Shown here: positions 57,327-64,000 of the stretch, piece after piece | Numbering within the stretch: position 1 is the stretch's first letter | Layout of the letters: each line of letters starts with the position of its first letter | IMG/VR virus record: IMGVR_UViG_3300042013_000045 | Location: 64,001 to 128,000 of that record | Source: a virus | Direction: 5' to 3' (one strand) | DNA: 64,000 nucleotides | Notes under the pieces: generated by a model | Database searches by the model: none | What the model was told of the DNA's origin: nothing | The model's input: the letters and a program-made list of their open reading frames with translations, nothing else | Program-made: the position numbers and the translations under genes

Positions 57327-57656
57327 TTATGCTTTTACGTTGCGACCAATGGCTCGACGGCAGTTGTACCCCACAGCTGATGCGTAGTCTTCTTCGGCTA
57401 ACTCATCATTCTCGTAGTACTCCTTAGCAGCAGCGTCGATAAACGGGATGATCTCCTTGAAGGCCTGAGGGTTAGTCGCGGTCTTCTGCTCCTTCTCCAG
57501 ATACTTCTTGAATTCATCCAGCTTTACCTTGGCGGCTTTCTGCGCTACCAGTTGCGACAACTCTTCATGGAAGATGTCGCAGTGTTGCGCGCTCATGGTA
57601 AATGCCTGGGATGCGGCAGAGAACATAAAGGCTACGCAGAACAGTACGTGTTTCAT
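57327..57656 (-). CDS. secreted hypothetical protein
   Basis: Signal peptide MKHVLFCVAFMFSAASQA; Cys pair. Confidence 0.6.
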   Translation of the reverse strand: MKHVLFCVAFMFSAASQAFTMSAQHCDIFHEELSQLVAQKAAKVKLDEFKKYLEKEQKTATNPQAFKEIIPFIDAAAKEYYENDELAEEDYASAVGYNCRRAIGRNVKA

Positions 57657-57658
57657 GG

Positions 57659-58198
57659 TTACACCTTGCTTGGTTCTTTAGGTTGAGTTTGCTCGTAGGT
57701 TTCGTACCAGTGTGTGGGATTCTCATCCACTTCGCACTTGGTCATTCTGAAACGTCCCCAGTAAGGCTTTTGATCGGGCAGATCAACTAGGGCCATTCCT
57801 GACAGATCATCGACTTTGTCCTTGACGACTGTCCGGTGTACAAAGTGGCAGTATGGAATCGCTTGGTTAATGAGATCGCCACCACCGATTACGAATTGCT
57901 CCTCGTAACCGTATTGATCACAGAGCCTGAAAGCATCTTCAAGACTGTTAACCACTGCCAAGTTCTCTTCCAGATCCAACGAGAGTGGAAGAGACGTTGA
58001 GACGATGACATGTAACCGCCCCGGTAATTTCCCCGGAAGGCTCATGTAAGTGTATCGCCCCATGATCATGGCGTTATCATGGGTCAGGTCTTTGAAGCGT
58101 GGAAGGTCACCCTTGAGTCTCCAAAGGAGCGGATGGTTTCCCTTACGCCCAATGTGCCCAGATTGGGATTGAGCAAAGATGGCATGACGTGTCGACAT
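57659..58198 (-). CDS. folA: dihydrofolate reductase
   Basis: IG....L.W.L..DL..FK, MIMGR.T..SLP..LPGR and FVIGGG motifs. Confidence 0.9.
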   Translation of the reverse strand: MSTRHAIFAQSQSGHIGRKGNHPLLWRLKGDLPRFKDLTHDNAMIMGRYTYMSLPGKLPGRLHVIVSTSLPLSLDLEENLAVVNSLEDAFRLCDQYGYEEQFVIGGGDLINQAIPYCHFVHRTVVKDKVDDLSGMALVDLPDQKPYWGRFRMTKCEVDENPTHWYETYEQTQPKEPSKV

Positions 58199-58263
58199 GT
58201 ATCAGTTCCCCCTTCTAGATAAAAGAAAAGGAGGGTTTTCACCCTCCTCCATTGCAGTGCCGT

Positions 58264-59400
58264 TTATTTAACGACGTGGTTCGGGTCAACTACCCCCATA
58301 TCACCATTTTGCACAGTGGTGGTGTATCCCAGATCCGCTGTAGGGTCTGGCGTGATGAGCAGGCGCTTGGTCTGTTCAGCGTACTCAGCAAACGCTGGGT
58401 CCATGCTGGTGGTTTCATTACCGAAGACATAGCCATCAGCTTCGTCAGGAACGTTCGCCTTGACGGTACCTTCGTAGCCACCACTAGTTGCCACGGGCGA
58501 CACGAAACCATGCGCCTCCCACTGCTCAGTAGCGAACTGGCGCAGGTTCTCAGTGCCACGAGAACCATTATCCAGAGCGTTCTCGGTGAACTGAGGCGCT
58601 TTGGCATTCAGTGCGTCCATTAGCGCGGGGTCCATGGTGACAGCTTCCCCGATGATGTCTTTCATGCCGTGAAGGGTATTCAACGGCAGCTTGTTATTGA
58701 CCAGTTCGGCAAACTCCGTGGTGGCTTTGGTGAGTTGTTCCTTGGCCATCAGTTGTTCCATCGCCGGCGACCCCGGTCGGATCATCGCAGTGATCTTGTA
58801 GCGCTCGTTGCCACCATCGGTGACCACTACATCTTTAGCGATACCCGCCTCTTCAGCATCACGCTCGGCGTTCGCCTGACGGATCAACATGGCAGTCTTC
58901 TCCAGTTGCGACATCTTGAAGACTGTGATGCTGAGGGAGATGCGACCCACTGGCTGGTACTGATCGTCCAGCAGATAAGCCGCGATACCGAAGACGTACT
59001 CGGCGCGGTTGGTGTTCTTGGCGTCGACGGCCTTGTTCAAAGCGAACACAGGGGCCACGACTTCCATACGGCGCAGGCCTTCAACGATCGCGACGATAAC
59101 GTCGGTCACGCCTTTGGACACTTCCAGCACCGCCATCTGCTCAGCGATAGCGGTGACGTCTTTATCAATGATGCAGTTCGGACGACCGCTGACCAGCATA
59201 TGTTCCAACGATGCACGTTCGCCTTCTTCAAGGAGTTCGTACTTGATGGCCCCGCGGTCATTGCCACTGAACTGCAAACGGAAAGTCAGGTTCTGGTCTT
59301 TGCCAGACGCGCTGAAGCTGAAGTAACCGGACTTGCGTTCGGTCATGGCTTCGATTGGTTTCAGGATGTTGAAGATGTTAGCGTAGGTTGGGTTCGACAT
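58264..59400 (-). CDS. hypothetical early protein
   Basis: 378 aa, first gene after the promoter at 59442. Confidence 0.65.
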   Translation of the reverse strand: MSNPTYANIFNILKPIEAMTERKSGYFSFSASGKDQNLTFRLQFSGNDRGAIKYELLEEGERASLEHMLVSGRPNCIIDKDVTAIAEQMAVLEVSKGVTDVIVAIVEGLRRMEVVAPVFALNKAVDAKNTNRAEYVFGIAAYLLDDQYQPVGRISLSITVFKMSQLEKTAMLIRQANAERDAEEAGIAKDVVVTDGGNERYKITAMIRPGSPAMEQLMAKEQLTKATTEFAELVNNKLPLNTLHGMKDIIGEAVTMDPALMDALNAKAPQFTENALDNGSRGTENLRQFATEQWEAHGFVSPVATSGGYEGTVKANVPDEADGYVFGNETTSMDPAFAEYAEQTKRLLITPDPTADLGYTTTVQNGDMGVVDPNHVVK

Positions 59401-59428
59401 GATGCAGTTCCTTGAACAGTGGGTTAAT

Positions 59429-59471
59429 TACTCAACCTAACAATGTAGGGTTCAAAACAATTCGAATTGAA
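59429..59471 (-). promoter_or_regulatory. phage promoter motif copy inside a 12-bp inverted repeat
   Basis: - strand TTCGAA-N13-TACATT-N6-TTGAGTA. Confidence 0.65.
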
Positions 59472-59489
59472 CCCTACACTGCCGTGGGA

Positions 59490-59939
59490 TTACTCGGTGA
59501 AGTTACCGTTCAACGCTTTGACGTTATCGCGGGTGACCACTGGCACCAAGTTGACCTGGTTCTCGGACGGCTTGAGCAGACTGAGTTCAGTGTGGACGAC
59601 GTTGTCTTCTTCGTCCAAGCACATGATCATCAAGCAGTCTTTGTTACAAGGTTGGTCAATCACGTGCATGTCGGAACCCTGGTAGGAACCGATGCGCGTA
59701 CCTTGTTGTACCGCAGGGCGATATTCACCGCTGAGGGTGATCACGCACTGGTCGTCGCCATTGATGAAGTTGGCCATCTCCACGTTCACAGCGAAGGCGT
59801 ACTTGGACGCTTCGCTTTTACGTGCACACAGAGTGATCAGGTCACGAAACAGACCCGGAGCCAGACGCACTTCACCCCAACCCAAAGCACGAGACAGGTC
59901 AGGTGCCTTTGTTACTACTTGTTCAACTGTCAACTTCAT
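59490..59939 (-). CDS. hypothetical protein
   Basis: 149 aa, ATGA overlap with the ligase. Confidence 0.55.
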   Translation of the reverse strand: MKLTVEQVVTKAPDLSRALGWGEVRLAPGLFRDLITLCARKSEASKYAFAVNVEMANFINGDDQCVITLSGEYRPAVQQGTRIGSYQGSDMHVIDQPCNKDCLMIMCLDEEDNVVHTELSLLKPSENQVNLVPVVTRDNVKALNGNFTE

Positions 59940-61969
59940 TCCGAGATCCCCTGTGGATTCACAAACATAATACCGTCTTGCACGAAGCCCAGCTTGATAG
60001 CCTTCTTGACCTTCTCAGGCCCAGCTCCAGTACCGGCGTAAAGAATGTCCAAGTTAGGACTGATGGTAGAGGTTAAGCGACCACCGCGTGCCTTGACATT
60101 GGCTTCCATCTGACTGCGGCTCAGGCCGTCAAACGATCCCCCTGTCACAACAACCCGCTTACCTTCCAAGTCACGGACGATAGATGGGTCAGGCGGTGCA
60201 TCCTCTACATAAGTGAAGAGCTTGTCGTAAGATAAATACTCACGACGGTTAGCCGCACACGCATCAATAACAGCTTGAGCCGTGTCTGGGCCAATGTCCG
60301 GGATACTTTTCAGCTCTTCAAAGGTAGCGTTACAGATTTCCTCAAACGTTTTATAGTTCAAAGCCAACCGTTCGGCTGTACCTTCTCCCACACCCGGCAT
60401 CCCTACGGCAAAGATCACCTTACGCAACGGTTGAGTCTTTGCCGCCTGAATGTTCTTCAGTACTTTCTTGATGGTGATGTCCGAGGTTGGGTACACCAGC
60501 TTCAGGTCCTCGTAGCCTAAGTAGAACAGCGACGAGAACGAACCCACCAACCCATGCTTCACCAGTTCAGTGATGCCTGCTTCACCCAAGTCCTTGATGT
60601 TCATGCCATCACGGCTCACGAAATGCACCAGACGTGCTACGGCTTGGTCTGGACACCCACTGTTGTTTGGGCAGTAGAGTGAATGGGTCTGACGCACCAG
60701 CTCACAACCACACGACGGACAGTGTGTCGGATACTCAAGCGGTGTGCAGTCCGGGGTACGCAGGTCTAGGATCACCGATTCGATCTTGGGAATCACATCC
60801 CCGCGACGACTGACGATGATGTGGTCACCGACCATGAGGTCCAACCGCTCGATCTCAGCGATGTTGTGCAACGTAGGACTGCTCACCGTCACGCCACAGA
60901 TGTGGACAGGACGAATGATGGCCACTGGGGTCACCACACCGCTCTTGCCCACTTGGAACTTGGCTCCGTGGAAGATCGACACCCCTTCTTCAGCTGGGAA
61001 CTTGTACGCTGTAGCCCACCGAGGTGAGTTGCTGCGAGAACCCATGGCCATGCGAAGTGCTAACTGACTGACCTTGAAGACCATGCCGTCAATTTCATAC
61101 TCCCAGTCAGGGCGTATTGCCAGTGACCGTTCCAACATCTGCTCGTAGATCTCTCGACGGACTTCTTTGGGCAGGTCTTTTCGGCTCACCAATACAGGCA
61201 CTGGCGTAGTGGTCTTGAACCCCCACTGGTAAAGCAGATCGTGAGGGCTTGTGCCGAGGTAGTACTTGTCTGGAAAGTCCAAGACGTAGTCATACGCCAC
61301 GAAACTCAACCGACGATGGATCACCTCGTCAGGGTCTTTCAGACGTAGCGACCCTGCCGCGTAGTTGCGTGGGTTGGCATACGTCTTCTTACCCGCTTCA
61401 CGATTGGCGTCGTTGATCTCTTTGAAGACCTTCTTGTCAACCTTGACCTCGCCGCGGACTTCAATGAGACTGTCCGGGTGAACGCTGTTACCCAAGCTGG
61501 TCTGTACGCCCCAGACATTGATTGCGTTCTGGGTTACGTCCTCGCCTTCAAATCCGTCCCCACGAGTGGTGGCCGTTTTCAGGAAGCCGTTGAGGTAGAC
61601 CAGGTTCAGACTGAGTCCATCGACCTTCGGTTCCATCACTACGTCAGCTTCTGGAGGGAGGGTCTCATCCCATTCCATTAGTTCGTCGATGTTGAAGACG
61701 TTGTCCAGGCTGCGCATCGGGGTAATGTGACGGATCACCTCAAACCCATTCGACCCTGTGGTGTAACCCACTGTCTTGGTAGGGGAAGTAGGGTCATCAA
61801 TACCTAGGATGCGTTCGTATTCGATGAGCTCTTTCTTGAGCTCATCGTAGACAGGGTCAGTGACTTCACTAACACTGTCTTCATGATAACGTTTATTAAG
61901 GTGCACGATCGTGTCCCGTAGGACCTGCATGTGATCGTGTAACTGTTGTGTGCTCTCTGACGTTTCCAT
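59936..61969 (-). CDS. ligA: NAD-dependent DNA ligase
   Basis: YH..D..YD, SLDN, EPKVDG, TRGDG, EVRGE, DGMV.K, AYKF, Cys4 zinc finger, HhH repeats and BRCT. Confidence 0.95.
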   Translation of the reverse strand: METSESTQQLHDHMQVLRDTIVHLNKRYHEDSVSEVTDPVYDELKKELIEYERILGIDDPTSPTKTVGYTTGSNGFEVIRHITPMRSLDNVFNIDELMEWDETLPPEADVVMEPKVDGLSLNLVYLNGFLKTATTRGDGFEGEDVTQNAINVWGVQTSLGNSVHPDSLIEVRGEVKVDKKVFKEINDANREAGKKTYANPRNYAAGSLRLKDPDEVIHRRLSFVAYDYVLDFPDKYYLGTSPHDLLYQWGFKTTTPVPVLVSRKDLPKEVRREIYEQMLERSLAIRPDWEYEIDGMVFKVSQLALRMAMGSRSNSPRWATAYKFPAEEGVSIFHGAKFQVGKSGVVTPVAIIRPVHICGVTVSSPTLHNIAEIERLDLMVGDHIIVSRRGDVIPKIESVILDLRTPDCTPLEYPTHCPSCGCELVRQTHSLYCPNNSGCPDQAVARLVHFVSRDGMNIKDLGEAGITELVKHGLVGSFSSLFYLGYEDLKLVYPTSDITIKKVLKNIQAAKTQPLRKVIFAVGMPGVGEGTAERLALNYKTFEEICNATFEELKSIPDIGPDTAQAVIDACAANRREYLSYDKLFTYVEDAPPDPSIVRDLEGKRVVVTGGSFDGLSRSQMEANVKARGGRLTSTISPNLDILYAGTGAGPEKVKKAIKLGFVQDGIMFVNPQGISE

Positions 61970-62042
61970 GAGAGTTCCTTAGAATGGTTATTGCCGCATC
62001 AAACAATGGTAGTGGTTTTTTCTAAATGACTAACTCCTCCGC

Positions 62043-62080
62043 TATTCACAAGGATAATGTAGCGCCAGATAAAAGTTAAA
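62043..62080 (-). promoter_or_regulatory. phage promoter motif copy
   Basis: - strand TTTAAC-N13-TACATT-N6-GTGAATA. Confidence 0.6.
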
Positions 62081-62118
62081 GGCGGCATATCCGGGAGGCC
62101 GTAGCCTCCCGGAGTCGG

Positions 62119-62604
62119 TCACTTGACCACTTTGAGGAATGGCTGACGTTCAGGTTTCGGTGGCTCTGGTGGAGTAGGGTCGGTGTAGTTCGCTGTGTTC
62201 TGCCCCATCGAGTAGTCCATCATCACCATGAAGTCCACCCCGTTACGAATCATGGCAGTGGGTGCGACGGAGAGGCGATGGATCACCCCGTCACGGCAGT
62301 TGGTCATTCCCATCATCTGGTCGAACGGCACGTAGAACTCGTGCGCAGTGCCACTGAAGCGTGCGCTGAAGAAGATGCCGTCTTCACAGAACTCCAGAGC
62401 ACGGATCGCTTCGTCAGCCAGGTTCAAGGCCACCAACTTAAAGCCGTCGTAATCGCGGATGTGCGGTTTCAGGACGTCGTACTTCTCAAAGAAGGCCGGG
62501 TAGGTGAAAACGTGTACCTTCCCGGTCACTGCCAAGCAGTAATGACGCAGCGCGGTGAACATGTGTTGCAGGTAAAGGCGACGATCTTCTTCAGGCGACA
62601 TCAC
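62119..62604 (-). CDS. sspB: SspB-like ClpXP adaptor
   Basis: LNL...A...L......I.FSARFSG.....YVP core; Pro-rich linker; C-terminal P.LKVVK ClpX-binding motif. Confidence 0.8.
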   Translation of the reverse strand: MMSPEEDRRLYLQHMFTALRHYCLAVTGKVHVFTYPAFFEKYDVLKPHIRDYDGFKLVALNLADEAIRALEFCEDGIFFSARFSGTAHEFYVPFDQMMGMTNCRDGVIHRLSVAPTAMIRNGVDFMVMMDYSMGQNTANYTDPTPPEPPKPERQPFLKVVK

Positions 62605-62830
62605 GGTGGCTCCCGAGGTGATGAATGCTGCGGTCTAGCGCTTGAAAGCGCCGAATGGTTTGCTCTTGTAGGAGTTTGAAACTGTCACGACGCTTGCCGG
62701 TGTTCAGGAAGTCTTCCAAAGACCGATTATGTTCCCACGCAGTGATGGAATAGATGGCATCGATCAACGTAGGGGCTTCAAGCGCCTTTTGAATTGCTTC
62801 TTCGACGGCGTTTTCGCTTGTGGAGGTCAT
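62591..62830 (-). CDS. hypothetical protein
   Basis: 79 aa, in a packed operon. Confidence 0.45.
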   Translation of the reverse strand: MTSTSENAVEEAIQKALEAPTLIDAIYSITAWEHNRSLEDFLNTGKRRDSFKLLQEQTIRRFQALDRSIHHLGSHRDVA

Positions 62831-63161
62831 AGATTTCCGGATTTAGGCAAAGGTAGTCGGTGGAACTGACCAGCAACGCCTCGTAAAGCTTCTTACGTGT
62901 CGTCTTTGGCTTGCAAGGGTGCTCTGTGACACGGAATTCGAGGTCTTTGCTAGCAAGCTCGTTAAGCAGCTTACAAGGGTGCTTACCTTCGACCAGTAGC
63001 TTGAGTTGTTTGTCTGCTTCTTCGCTGACAGAGAGGCTCTCAGTGACGTAGAAGCGCCCTGTACCCTCGTGTTCGAGTACAAGGCAACCTTCTTTCACCA
63101 AAGCTGGCCGTTTGCAGCGTCCCGTTAGGGGGTACAACCATCTGGACGGCCCTACACTCAT
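62778..63161 (-). CDS. degenerate GIY-YIG-like protein
   Basis: GCLVLEH..TGRFYVTES...L..GKH....L pattern, with the catalytic Tyr and Arg replaced. Confidence 0.45.
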   Translation of the reverse strand: MSVGPSRWLYPLTGRCKRPALVKEGCLVLEHEGTGRFYVTESLSVSEEADKQLKLLVEGKHPCKLLNELASKDLEFRVTEHPCKPKTTRKKLYEALLVSSTDYLCLNPEIYDLHKRKRRRRSNSKGA

Positions 63162-63673
63162 GTCGCTGCGACCTCAACCGGTGGGACGTAGTGAGGATTC
63201 AACTCAACTACGCCGCAAACTGTGATGAACTTCTTGTCGGACTGCCGATCTTGGGGAATATCGAGTTCCCAACCGTCGGCCATGTGTTCTTCAACCTGTT
63301 TCATGGTTTGAACACGACAGACCCATACCGCATCCTTCTCACGTTTCCAGATGACGATGTTGAAATGCTCAGCAAAGACTTTGTGGGTGACATTGAAATG
63401 TTGACGGATGAGTCGCGGACCTTTGTAACCTTTGTACGGACCGATCTCGGCGTACAGGTAGATCTGATGGGCGCGGTGGTTGATGTTGTACTCGCTGTAC
63501 AGCAAGTGACGGATACCGCCGACGCGAACAGGGATACCGCTTTCCGCTGTTCTGACGTCAAGATGGTTGCGAGGTTCCACCTTGTAGCGCTTCCCGTTGA
63601 TCTCGCACCCGTAGAACACCTTGTCGTCCCCGTAGGAAGGCACGGGGATCATCTCGATCAGTGACAGTGCCAT
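63158..63673 (-). CDS. hypothetical protein
   Basis: 171 aa, AGGAG RBS. Confidence 0.6.
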   Translation of the reverse strand: MALSLIEMIPVPSYGDDKVFYGCEINGKRYKVEPRNHLDVRTAESGIPVRVGGIRHLLYSEYNINHRAHQIYLYAEIGPYKGYKGPRLIRQHFNVTHKVFAEHFNIVIWKREKDAVWVCRVQTMKQVEEHMADGWELDIPQDRQSDKKFITVCGVVELNPHYVPPVEVAAT

Positions 63674-63694
63674 GACAGGCTCCTTAAAATATCG

Positions 63695-63937
63695 TCATAC
63701 CAAAGACAGACCAAGTTCCGTAGAACCGAAAATGCTGTAGATCTTCGCATTCACGGGGTCAATGAATTCTTGGGTGTCCATGATGACATCTTTCATCAGC
63801 AACAGCTTCATCATGGAAGCAGTTTCACCGATGGCGAAGTTGATCTCACCGTCCTTGATCGGGATCTCCAGATGCGCCACGTCGTTACCGATGTATTCGC
63901 GGTCATTGGTAATCGCCCGATAAGCGTACATGTCCAT
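63695..63937 (-). CDS. hypothetical protein (probably 5'-truncated by the window edge)
   Basis: The frame appears open toward the window end. Confidence 0.5.
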   Translation of the reverse strand: MDMYAYRAITNDREYIGNDVAHLEIPIKDGEINFAIGETASMMKLLLMKDVIMDTQEFIDPVNAKIYSIFGSTELGLSLV

Positions 63938-64000
63938 ACTGGCCGTTCGAGCGAACCAGATCTCGGTCTCGACTTTGAACGGAGATTGATGCTCCGTCAG

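Noticed and set aside
62778-63161. Active homing endonuclease
   Set aside because: The GIY-YIG-like motif is degenerate and the ORF does not interrupt a gene.
1-64000. CRISPR array, tRNA genes, IS elements, inteins, reverse transcriptase
   Set aside because: None recognised. The repeated hairpins are dispersed and differ in sequence, and the insertions in Dcd and RNR lack intein motifs.

Overview
A 64-kb segment of a phiKZ-like (nucleus-forming, Chimalliviridae-type) jumbo phage, most likely infecting Pseudomonas. The host inference rests on a near-host-identical AmrZ DNA-binding domain and a Pseudomonas-type dCTP deaminase. The left ~18 kb is the conserved core block: virion proteins, RuvC, a non-virion RNAP beta fragment, the major capsid protein and a DnaB helicase. 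The rest is mostly minus-strand accessory or early genes plus nucleotide and DNA metabolism (Dcd, class II RNR, DHFR, NAD ligase, SF2 helicase), spanins, and a family of fibre proteins that share repeat modules. The strongest unexplained signal is a ~760-nt non-coding stretch (46097-46857) that folds by eye into about 20 helices, including long-range stems, whose G-U wobbles consistently fall on the + strand, antisense to its neighbours. It is a candidate giant structured RNA. A second ~390-nt structured element (33209-33600, - strand) buries the ribosome-binding site of a DUF488-like gene. Also notable are host-regulator mimics (AmrZ chimera, SspB, KPAA histone-like protein), a fixed-spacing three-part promoter motif seen 8 times, and terminator-like hairpins followed by TATG(CCG). 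All assignments come from motif recognition by eye; no searches or folding programs were run.
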